Below are positions 10,740-22,300 of a stretch of 64,000 nt of DNA, piece by piece. This DNA is from Macrostomum hystrix (lineage: Eukaryota; Animalia; Platyhelminthes): contig CATNEN010000003.1 of assembly GCA_950097015.1 (NCBI GenBank), positions 13,082,001 to 13,146,000 on the forward strand, read 5' to 3'. Both the position numbers and the translations under genes were made by a program. The notes under the pieces were generated by a model. It made no database searches. It was not told the DNA's origin and saw only the letters and a list, made by a program, of their open reading frames with translations. Every line of letters begins with the position of its first letter. Position 1 is the first letter of the stretch.

Positions 10740-13700
10740 ATGAAGCAACTCATTAAAACGCTAACAGTCGTCGCAACGTTTCTCATGAACAGTTTGCGGA
10801 TAGTAGTCAACGAATCCACAGACGAGTCAACGGACGAACCTACTTTGGATCATGAGCTGCTAGAGGCTGTAAAAACAGGTGATGTGCACAAGTTTGATAG
10901 CATAGCTACGGGAAATAATTATGTCGACAAGCTCATCCCGTTTATGGAAACTCACTTTACATTAGCTATGGTCGCTAGCTATTTTGGAAGAATTGAAATC
11001 CTAAAAAGGCTAATCAGTGCAGCCGTGGTACTTGATCAACAAAATGAGGCGGGTTGCAGCGCTATTTTCTATGCCTCACAGCAAGGTCATCATCAGGCAG
11101 TCAAGTTACTCATTGATGCACAAGCTGATGTTAATCTGCAAACAAAGACTGGTGAGTCCCCACTGTACAATGCATCGCGTGGTGGTCACAGTCAGGTCGT
11201 GGAGGCACTTATTCGAGCACAAGCCGACGTCGATATTTGTGAAACAGATGACTGCACAGCGTTGTACATAGCATCGCAGAATGGTCATTGCTTTGTGGCG
11301 GATGTACTCATCAAAGCACAAGCAAATGTCAATTGTCAAATGAACTCAGGCGAGTCGCCTATCTTTATAGCTTCACAAGAAGGTCACGATCAGATCGTTG
11401 ATTCACTAATAAAAGGGCAGTGCAATGTGAATCTGTTAGAAACAGAAGATAATTGTTCCCCATTGTACATGGCATCGCAGAATGGTAACAGTCAAATCGT
11501 CAAGGCACTAATAAATGCGCAAGCCAACGTTGATGAACAAAGAAGCCTAGGATTGTCGCCGCTTTATGTCGCATCACAAAATGGTCACCATGAAGTTGTC
11601 AATTCGCTTATTAAGGCTCAAGCGAGCGTTGATATGCAGAGACACAGTGGAGCATCGCCTCTTTACATTGCATCTCAAACTGGTCACCATCGAGTTGTTA
11701 GCTTATTAATTAAGGCGCGAGCCAATGTGGATCTTCAGCAAGTCTATGGCTTTTCACCGATCTACGCCGCATCTAAGGAAGGACATAGTCACGTGGTTGA
11801 GTTGCTCATTAACGCCCAAGCTGACGTCAATCTTCAGTCACACAATGGCCAGTCCCCTATCTTGATTGCGGCATGCAATGGCCACAGTCGAGTGATTGAA
11901 TTACTCGTCAAAGCACAGGCCGACGTTAATCTGGAACCAAATAACGGCGAGTCGCCTCTCTATATTGCATCGCTGCAAGGTCATCAGAAAGTGCTTGATT
12001 CGCTGATCAAAGCGCAAGCAGATGTCAATCTTCAAGAAAATGAAGGCTGTACACCCCTCTATATTGCGTCACAAAATGGCCATCGCCGCATTGTCGAATC
12101 GCTCATCAGAGCACAAGCCGACGTCAATCTTCAGAGACATTGTGGTTGGTCGCCATTGTACATAGCGGCATGCTACGGTCATCACCAGGTAGTTGATGCT
12201 CTCATTAAAGTGCAGGCAGAAATAAATTTTCGAGGAAAAGCAAGCTTATCACCTCTTCATATTGCATCGCAAAATGGTCACCTTCAAGTCGTCAAGTCAA
12301 TTATCGGTGCATGCTACATTGGAAGAGCTTCAAGGGAGTTTCTGCAGTCAGCTCTGATGCGCGCACAAGAATTCGGAGAGGATAGCGTAGTTCAGTTCCT
12401 GCAAGACGCACTTAACCAGTCCAAAGTTCAAATGGGGCCATCATGCTCTCAGCCAAACTGGTAAGTCATCATTATTTTAAAGATCGCTATTAATAATTAA
12501 TTGCACTTCAAATTATAATTAATCGGGCTATTGCGCGGCGCATCTGAAGGCTGCGTACCGCTGTTCAGTCCATGGACTGGTGGGACGCCACACCCACCCC
12601 TAATTACCCCAGCTAATGCTGGTACCCATTAAACAGCTGGGTGGATTGAATCAAGGCTGCGTTGAGTCTTGCATAAGGTCACAACATTTTCCAACGGAAA
12701 TCGAACCTCCAACCTCAAATCGAGAGTCCGACGCTCTAATCACTAGGCTACAAATTGTTTCTTCAATGATTCACTTTTATTTTCAGGGCCGCGATGAGCG
12801 ATACACAACTGAGTGAACAGCTTCACTTAGCGCTGAACAAATCTGGATTCACTGACTCCAGAGCCGCATTACAGAGCGCCGTGGCTGACGTCTTGCAGGA
12901 CGTTCTAAGAAAGAGACTAAGTTATGATAAGTACTTCGTGGTCGGCAGCTTCTCAGAGGGTTGGGGCAATAGTTTGGTCACTCTGGACGGCCTAACCGAC
13001 ATCAAGTCGGATATCGATGTGATGCTGCTGCTGCCAGGTGTGCCGTTTCATCTGAGGGATCTGTGCGAGTGCGGAGAACATGCGCAGCCCAACGCAACAG
13101 TTGGTTATAACAATGGCCATATCCTGTGCACTGGATTCAGTGAGTAGCTCAATAAATAATGATATTTTATTAGATTTTTAAGCGCATTATCAAGCGATAT
13201 AGTTGGCAGCCTCCAACTGCAATCCTTTGATTGCAGCCTCCAACCCAGCTAGATCAACGGACGGTACCAATTTGCGCCCGGCGGTTGATCAGGTTTCCGC
13301 TCGACGACTCTGCCGCTATCCTCCGATCGCACCGCTGCTACCTAACCGAATTGGCAGCTCCAAAATCCTCCAGTCCGTTCTGCAGTCGCTACAACAACAC
13401 CTCACCTCCGCCTCATCGCCCTGTCACGTGGTGCACGCAGCTCCTCCCGGATTGGCAGGCCAGCAGCTCCGGGTGAGCACCAGTTTCCTGGAGAGGCGAC
13501 TGTTGAGAAGTCTCAACACTATGCAGGGCCAGCTGTTCGTCACACTCAAGTGGCTGATAAAGAAGGCCATTCGCCACGATGGCTTCAAGTCCTACCACGC
13601 AAAGACCGTCACGTTCCGAATGCTGGAGGAGACACCGGCTGAGCAGTGGAGGCCGGAGAATCTCGTGAGCCTCACGAAACGCTCGCTGCAGATGCTGCTT

Positions 13701-14678
13701 AACGATGTGGAAATCAGTCTTCGGTCAGGCAGAGTTGATGGTCGTATCATGGAGCACTTCTTCCTGAGCGACGCCGCTGTGTACCTGAGAGGTGTAGATC
13801 CCAGATCAACTGAGAGCTTTTTGGAAGCCTTTAATCTTGCAGTTGGTGCGTTAAAAGACGTCATGGCTGAGCTGCCTCAGCTGCTGCTGCAGTTCGAGGA
13901 CAGTCTTCGACCCGTCACCGACTCGGGCCGTTTTCACTTCCACCCGTTCCTCATCCTGCCGATACTTGATATCAAACCAGTGTCTGAAGCCGAGATTTGC
14001 GAGTACCACGAGATCTACGACATTGTGAGAGAGTCCATCCTTCGGCTATCCGATGAATACTTCAACTCAGAGGACGTAGAATGTCTCACAGAGCTGATCG
14101 AAAAACTGCCAGACTGCGCCCGATCAGCGCGAGAGTCTCTCAGAGCGCTGGCCTGCCTGAAGTTCGGCGACCGACTCACTGCAGCGACAGTTGTGAGCGA
14201 CTGCGGACCGTTTAGTGCAAGCAGAGGCATCGATTGGGGAGCTGAGAGGCCGGCGAGTGACGCCACAACGGACTTTGTGTGGCAGCACCTGAGGAGCCGA
14301 GACTCCGCCTGGAAATTCTGCTTCTCGTTCGACACGAGACCAGAACTACCGACAGAGCATATCATACTGGCGGACAATTTTCCACTGCAGATGTACAACT
14401 ACACCAACTACTACTACATGAACTTCAGTGCCCTTCTCTATGGTCTACATTTCGAACTGTCTGAAGTAGTTGACTCGTACGCTCAGGACTGGATCCGGGA
14501 TGTGGCACACTGGGAGGATGCGGACAGACAGGAACTGATGGTGGCTGCACTGATCTCCACTGACCAGAACCTGCTGCAGCTACTGCGCAGGAGAATCTCT
14601 AGGCTCGTTGGCGATGTGCCCGATTGGCTCGACGTGAAGCTTGAAGACATTGTCTTAGATTCTCTATCAAAACAATAG
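10740..14678 (+). CDS. Ankyrin-repeat + Mab-21/cGAS-like nucleotidyltransferase (cGLR-type) fusion protein, ~1171 aa, 3 exons
   Basis: Exons 10740-12460 (donor tg|GTAAGT, phase 2), 12787-13139 (TTTTCAG acceptor; a|GTGAGT, phase 1) and 13237-14678; total 3516 nt in frame. 14 regular 33-aa ankyrin repeats plus caps. NTase motifs VVGSFSEG...SDIDVM and AVDQVSA. Mab-21 C-lobe [13 protein letters not shown]...LKWL...[10 protein letters not shown]...W...EHFF. The start codon is uncertain (an upstream exon is possible). Confidence 0.88.
12525..12752 (-). mobile_element. SINE family B copy in intron 1 of the ANK-cGLR gene
   Basis: Reverse complement of the body at 53570-53810 and 47810-48050, including the CAGTCCATGGACTG palindrome and a degenerate B-box (GTTCGATTTCC on -). 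Confidence 0.8.
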
Positions 14679-14764
14679 AAACCGATGAGGAGCCTGCTTT
14701 TTGCAAACAATGTCCTGAAATATCTTCGCTATAAATTCGCTATAAGTACGAATCTCCTGTTTCG

Positions 14765-14930
14765 ATGGCAGTGTACACCACTACGCCTTGGAGGTTGGCC
14801 CTCACCTCAGGGACGTAAATTGCACGACAAGCCTTCTTTCCGCGGCTGGGCCCCATGTGGCCTCGTCGCGGAATCGAGCTCAGGGACCTTAATGCGAGAG
14901 GCGAAAGCGTTAGCTCTGCCACTAACCCCG
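14765..14930 (-). mobile_element. SINE family A, 5' portion
   Basis: Matches 53140-53310; tRNA-like head on the - strand. Confidence 0.8.
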
Positions 14931-15472
14931 AATACAAGTATTAGCCGAGTTAGAAATTTGACACATGTTCGAATTCACTGCCTTTTGGAAGCTTTGTGAA
15001 ATATCTGCAGCTGAGTAGTATAGGTTTTATGTGAAATTTATATATTTTTTCTCTATTCCTGTCCACAATCCTATTCTTTTGTTGTTAGACACTTAGGCTC
15101 TGTGAAATATAAAATTTATTCCGAGAAACCAAGAGAATATGGTGAAATTAAAACCAGTTTTTTTGTACTTGCTTAATAGTTATTATTGCTGTGTTTATCA
15201 TTTTTATTGACTCATTCCAATTATTTTCTTCGTTCTCCTCTGCATTCGGCCAACGAAAGAAAACAATTAAAGAATAAGACGGATTTGCTGCAAATATATA
15301 TTCTTTAAAATAAAAAACTTAACCAACGCTATGTTATACATGTATGATGATATAAGTGATTATTTGCATACATAAACAAAAAAAATTTAGTATAAGTGAC
15401 TAGCAATTCAGACCCCCAGGCATTGAGTGGCGGCGATTGTTATTCAAGGCTAAGACACACGCGCATCATTCT

Positions 15473-15862
15473 AGGGCGGATAGCTCAGTCAGTAAGGTGT
15501 CGGACTCTGAATCAGATGGTCCTGGGTTCGACTCCCGACCTAGTCTAGAACTATTCGTGCAGCCTTTGGCAAGCTGCTTTGCCCTGATGTGCACACAGTC
15601 TACTCAGCTGCAAATGAGTACCGACATTTCGTCGGGTAATAATAATTCCGGCTGGCGTGGAATAAAGCAGTTCTGTGCGGCAATTCTGTGGGGTTTGGAT
15701 GCTGCCGATATGTTTGGAAAAAAATTCCATTTCTGACACGCGGCTGTCAACCGGTGTCCGAGAAAGCCGGGGAGTACATTAAGTGTGCAGCAGTACCCAC
15801 CTGCTAGTGTGCTTGACACACAACACCTGCAAGCTGGCCATTGGGTCTAGTGTCAATTATTA
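15473..15862 (+). mobile_element. Full-length tRNA-derived SINE (family C)
   Basis: Head GGCGGATAGCTCAGTCAGTAAGGTGTCGGACTCTGAATC...GGTTCGACTCC (A and B boxes), CORE-like middle (GGCAAG...CAGCTGCAAATGAGTAC), ATT tail and a possible TSD CATTCT (15467-15472 / 15863-15868). Second copy at 9917. Confidence 0.88.
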
Positions 15863-16839
15863 CATTCTCAGATTCTCAGATTATATATATTATCATTATT
15901 TTATTATCATTCTATGGCCTAAACGAGTCCCGAAATCACATCTCTTTTGTGCTTCTGCAAACCCTAAACCTTCGTGCATGGCCAAACTTTGAAGATAACT
16001 ATACGGGTCGCAATAAAACATGCAAGCGGTAGCAGATGTACATTTTACAGGGAGATGTAATGGTGGTTGTTGGTAAAGTTTGGTAAGGTAAGGTAAAGGT
16101 ATTGTTTATATGGAAGATTTATCATCGTGATGCCGTACTCAAAATAGTAGTATCTACAGTAACTAAGCAAGGAATAGAATTTTAAGAAGTTTCCATAAAT
16201 AGCAACAGAAATGAAGCAAAGAAAAGATTGAGATTGAAAAGAATTGAGAAGAAAAATAAGAGAGAATTATGTCGCCAGATTTCTCACGCCTCCAAGAGTT
16301 AATGAGCTGCATTCTGCAAATATCAAACAAAGTAAATATACTCTGTAAAACTTATGTTATCGAGTTACGAATGAATGAACAAAAGAAATGAAAAAAACTG
16401 AAATATGCGACTGAGCTACTATTTACTCTAATGTTTATAACTTTTAAGTTCATTATTCGAACTAATTGAAAACATCATTAACGACTTGGGATACGACGAT
16501 ACGGTAAAAAAGTAAAGTAAGCCATAAGATTTATAGGACATTCAGATAGGATTGGGAAACTCAAGCCCTCCGGCATTTGATTGAAGGGACTGTAGAACTG
16601 GAAAAGAAAACTTAATTAATTATTTACACCTGAGAGCGGGTTAAAATATTTCAGCTAAAATCCACATAAAAGACTTAGCAGATGACAAGAGTTTTTGAGT
16701 CAGAAAAGATGACGATAAAGTGGTAAAGTTAAGAAATGAGTAGATACAAATTGGAAGAATGGGAAAGAGGAATGATGAGAATTATGAGAAGATAAAACGA
16801 TGAGAATATGAGATGATAATGAAAGTAAGATAAGAATGA

Positions 16840-18410
16840 GGAGAAGATGGGAAGTGATGAGAAGATGAGAAGTGATGAGAAGATGGGAATGGATGAGAAG
16901 ATTGGAATTGATGAGAAGATGGGAATTGATGAGAAGATGAGAATTGATGAGAAGATGAGAATGGATGAGAAGATGAGAATTGATGAGAAGATGGGAATTG
17001 ATGAGAAGATGAGAATTGATGAGATGATGGGAATTGATGAGAAGATGAGAACTAATGAGAAGATGGGAATGGATGAGAAGATGGGAATCGATGAGAAGAT
17101 GAGAATGGATGAGAAGATGAGAATGGATGAGAAGATGAGAATGGATGAGAAGATGAGAATTGATGAGAAGATGAGAAGTGATGAGAAGATGGGAATGGAT
17201 GAGAAGATGAGAATTAATAAGAAGATGGGAAGTGATGAGAAGATTGGAATTGATGAGAAGATGGGAATTGATGAGAAGATGAGAATTGATGAGAAGATGA
17301 GAATGGATGAGAAGATGAGAATTGATGAGAAGATGGGAATTGATGAGAAGATGAGAATTGATGAGATGATGGGAATTGATGAGAAGATGAGAACTAATGA
17401 GAAGATGGGAATGGATGAGAAGATGGGAATCGATGAGAAGATGAGAATGGATGAGATGATGGGAATTGATGAGAAGATGAGAATTAATAAGAAGATGGGA
17501 AGTGATGAGAAGATTGGAATTGATGAGAAGATGGGAATTGATGAGAAGATGGGAATTGATGAGAAGATGAGAATTGATGAGATGATGGGAATTGATGAGA
17601 AGATGAGAACTAATGAGAAGATGGGAATGGATGAGAAGATGGGAATCGATGAGAAGATGAGAATGGATGAGAAGATGAGAATGGATGAGAAGATGAGAAT
17701 GGATGAGAAGATGAGAATTGATGAGAAGATGAGAAGTGATGAGAAGATGGGAATGGATGAGAAGATGAGAATTAATAAGAAGATGGGAAGTGATGAGAAG
17801 ATTGGAATTGATGAGAAGATGGGAATTGATGAGAAGATGGGAATTGATGAGAAGATGAGAATTGATGAGATGATGAGAACTAATGAGAAGATGGGAATGG
17901 ATGAGAAGATGGGAATCGATGAGAAGATGAGAATGGATGAGAAGATGAGAATGGATGAGAAGATGAGAATGGATGAGAAGATGGGAATGGATGAGAAGAT
18001 GGGAATGGATGAGAAGATGGGAATTGATGAGAAGATGAGAATGGATGAGAAGATGGGAATTGATGAGAAGATGAGAATGGATGAGAAGATGGGAATCGAT
18101 GAGAAGATGAGAATGGATGAGAAGATGGGAATTGATGAGAAGATGAGAATTGATGAGAAGATGGGAATTAATGAGAAGATGAGAATTGATGAGAAGATGG
18201 GAATCGATGAGAAGATGAGAATGGATGAGAAGATGAGAATGGATGAGAAGATGGGAATTGATGAGAAGATGAGAATGGATGAGAAGATGGGAATCGATGA
18301 GAAGATGAGAATGGATGAGAAGATGGGAATTGATGAGAAGATTGGAATTGATGAGAAGATGGGAATTAATGAGAAGATGAGAATTGATGAGAAGATGAAA
18401 AGTGATTAGA
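16840..18410. repeat. 18-bp purine-rich minisatellite (GATGAGAAGATGRGAATK)
   Basis: About 87 units with higher-order blocks; located upstream of the hillarin start codon. Confidence 0.97.
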
Positions 18411-19327
18411 AGAGGTGAAGAAAGGTATATAGCGATGAGATTAGAGTGGGGAGAAGATGAGAGTATGAAGATAATTTGAAGCCAAATATGTAGTCTTTTG
18501 GTTTAAAATCTGAAAGGCATGCGGACGTTTGTTTAAAATAGTATGAATTACATAGGCCTTACTCCAAATAACTAAACAGAAGAGGTGAAGTTCGTATGCA
18601 TCCAAATGTTTAATTAATTTATAGATTCAAGATAGAATGAATGAGGAGAATGGTGAGCCCATTGTGAAGTAAGATTATCCCTAATCAATGGAAGGACTAG
18701 TATAGCTAAGTATCTTACTAAGGATTCAAAAAGTGTCCCTATAGAAACACGTACCAAGACCGTTAGTCAGTGTGATAATGAGTGATTGCAACTTATTTAG
18801 CAAAATTTTGTAGTCCTATTATTAACTGTACGCTATATTTAGAATTTATAATTGGCAGCAGTTGAATTGTGGTTAGACAAGTGGTGGGGGGTCACAAACT
18901 GACTATTTCTCAATCCTCCTATGTATTCTCTCTTTCCTAGATGAGAGAGGAATTGTTTCAATTTTTTGTAGAAGCCCAATTCTATACAATCCGTGTTGAA
19001 TGAGAGAGAGCAAAGCTATATACTGAGGGAAAGAGAAATGTTATACATTGTGCGAACTACGGGGGCCAATAAACTCACCGTCTTGTGCATTGGCTAGTAG
19101 AACTTAAACTCTACTAGAGAATCATGTACATTCTATTCCCTTTCTTTTTAATTTCTCACTCTATATATATATATAATTTTTTTACTCAGCAACTCGCCCT
19201 TTAAGTCCACAATGGCTCACAATTACCGTCTGATTTTATTTTAACGATTGTTAAACGTTAAATTTGTCTGTAAAAAAACTACTTATATTCTCTTTCTAGT
19301 AAGCCTAACTAGTATAGACATTAGAAT

Positions 19328-22300
19328 ATGTTTCGTAGGGCAGCTTCATCTCAAGCAGCAACAGCAGCAACGCCAGCAACTGCAACAGGATTAGGTGGTG
19401 GCAATCTACATGAGTGCCAACGCTGCGGCAAAGCGGTTTATCCCACAGAGAAATTTGGTCCAATTAACGACGCCGTATTTCATAGAAACTGTTTCCGCTG
19501 TCAAACCTGCGGCATCTCCCTGAATGTCGGCAGCTACTGCGCCAATCCAGTAGACAGCAGCGATCGAGATGTTTACTGTGCTAGCCACAGACCACAGCTC
19601 AAAAACACTCAGATGGATATGGATGCGGTGAGATGCAGAAAAACAATAGACTTGTAAAATCTCTTCTAAATCCATACGTCCAGAATCTCGGGTGGGATTT
19701 TCTCTACAATTTTAAAGCCAAAGGTGAGATTTCTTTCGACAGCTTTAGAAACTAGGATGAGATTTCATTCGACATCTTCAGAGTCTAGGGTGAGATTTCA
19801 TTCGACATCTTCAGAATCTAGGGTGAGATTTCATTGGATATCTTCAGAATCTAGGGTGAGATTTCATTGGATATCTTCAGAATCTAGGGTGAGATTTCAT
19901 TGGATATCTTCAGAATCTAGGGTGAGATTTCATTGGATATCTTCAGAATCTAGGGTGAGATTTCATTGGATATCTTCAGAATCTAGGGTGAGATTTCATT
20001 CGACATCTTCAGAATCAAGGGTGAGATTTCATTGGATATCTTCAGAATCTAGGGTGAGATTTCATTCGACATCTTCAGAGTCTAGGGTGAGATTTCATTC
20101 GACATCTTCAGAATCTAGGGTGAGATTTCATTGGATATCTTCAGAATCTAGGGTGAGATTTCATTGGACATCTTCAGAATCTAGGGTGAAATTTCATTGG
20201 ATATCTTCAGAATCTAGGGTGAGATTTCATTGGATATCTTCAGAATCTAGGGTGAGATTTCATTGGATATCTTCAGAATCTAGGGTGAGATTTCATTGGA
20301 TATCTTCGGAATCTAGGGTGAGATTTCATTGGATATCTTCAGAATCTAGGGTGAGATTTCGTTCGACATCTTCAGAATCTAGGGTGAGATTTCATTGGAT
20401 ACCTTCAGGGTCTAGGGTGAGATTTCATTGGATATCTTCAGAATCTAGGGTGAGATGTCGTTCTATATCTTCAGAATTTAGGGTGAGATTTCGTTCTATA
20501 TCTTCAGAATCTAGGCTGAGATGTCGTTCTATATCTTCAGAATCTAGGGTGAGATTTCGTTCTATATCTTTAGAATCTAGGGTGAGATTTCATTCGACAT
20601 CTTCAGAATCTAGGATGAGATTTCATTGGATATCTTCTGAATCTAGGGTGAGATTTCGTTCGATACCTTCAGAATCTAGGATGAGATTTCATTGGATACC
20701 TTCAGAATCTAGGGTGAGATTTCATTGAATATCTTCAGAATCTAGGATGAGATTTCATTGGATATCTTCAGAATCTAGGGTGAGATTTTGTTCGACATCT
20801 TCAGAATCTAGGGTGAGATTTCATTGGATATCTTCAGAATCTAGAGTGAGATTTCATTGGATATCTTCAGAATCTAGGGTGAGATTTCATTCGACATCTT
20901 CAGAATCTAGGGTGAGATTTCATTGGATATCTTCAGAATCTAGGGTGAGATTTCATTGGATATCTTCAGAATCTAGGGTGAGATTTCATTCGACATCTTC
21001 AGAATCTAGGGTGAGATTTCATTGGATATCTTCAGAATCTAGGGTGAGATTTCATTCGACATCTTCAGAATCTAGGGTGAGATTTCATTGGATATCTTCA
21101 GAATCTAGGGTGAGATTTCATTCGACATCTTCAGAATCTAGGGTGAGATTTCGTTCTATATCTTCAGAATCTAGGGTGAGATGTCGTTCTATATCTTCAG
21201 AATCTAGGGTGAGATTTCGTTCTATATCTTTAGAATCTAGGGTGAGATTTCATTCGACATCTTCAGAATCTAGGATGAGATTTCGTTCGATACCTTCAGA
21301 ATCTAGGTTAAGATTTCGTTCGACATCTTCAGAATCAAGGGTGAGATTTCATTGGATATCTTCTGAATCTAGGGTGAGATTTCGTTCGATACCTTCAGAA
21401 TCTAGGATGAGATTTCATTGGATACCTTCAGAATCTAGGGTGAGATTTCATTGGATATCTTCAGAATCTAGGGTGAGAATTCATTGGATATCTTCAGAAT
21501 CTAGGGTGAGATTTCATTCGACATCTTCAGAATCAAGGGTGAGATTTCATTGGATATCTTCAGAATCTAGGGTGAGATTTCATTCGACATCTTCAGAGTC
21601 TAGGGTGAGATTTCATTCGACATCTTCAGAATCTAGGGTGAGATTTCATTGGATATCTTCAGAATCTAGGGTGAGATTTCATTGGACATCTTCAGAATCT
21701 AGGGTGAAATTTCATTGGATATCTTCAGAATCTAGGTGAGATTTCATTGGATATCTTCAGAATCTAGGGTGAGATTTCATTGGATATCTTCAGAATCTAG
21801 GGTGAGATGTCGTTCTATATCTTCAGAATCTAGGGTGAGATTTCGTTCGATATCTTCAGAATCTAGGGTGAGATGTCGTTCTATATCTTCAGAATCTAGG
21901 GTGAGATTGCGTTCGATATCGTTAGAATCTTCAGAATATAGTTTTTCGCTCCAATTAAATTACTTTATGAACTTATAAAAAACGAAAGCATAATTTTTCA
22001 GTCTCTAGTCAAAACATGAAAAAGTATGGACCACTCTCACTAAACTTAACGCCATGTGTCTAGAAATTTCGACGTCTAGGCATTTTTTATGAACACTTCA
22101 GTTTAAAAACTGTTTCTGTCTTAAACACAGCTGTCTGCTCGAAAACGCTGAATGTTGCTAAACTTCATTTTTCTCAGGAGAAGTAAAATTTCTTTACTTG
22201 ATTAACTTTTCCACTGTAAAAAAGTTTATAATTCACGTCTGTCAGTCAGCAGACAAACGCATCACGGAAAGCAGTCGCTCAAAACTATTTCTAGGAAAAA

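Noticed and set aside
10740-12464. Stand-alone 574-aa ankyrin gene
   Set aside because: Its stop lies within a consensus GTAAGT donor that splices in frame to the NTase exons; kept only as a possible isoform.
12787-14678. Bacterial CBASS CD-NTase, contamination or recent horizontal transfer
   Set aside because: Spliceosomal introns, an intronic host SINE, a Mab-21-type C-lobe and no operonic cap genes.
15474-15545. tRNA gene (also tRNA-like stretches at ~30610, 38110, 47810, 53570 and 55790)
   Set aside because: Cloverleaf pairing is poor, and the better-preserved ones run into multi-copy SINE bodies; these are SINE heads or their remnants.
16847-18409. 520-aa (DEKMxI)n ORF
   Set aside because: By-product of an 18-bp unit (multiple of 3) lacking a stop in one frame; no unique coding flanks or splice links.
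19724-21978. (SSESRVRFHWI)n ORFs
   Set aside because: Translation of the 33-bp intronic minisatellite; broken by a stop and a frameshift.
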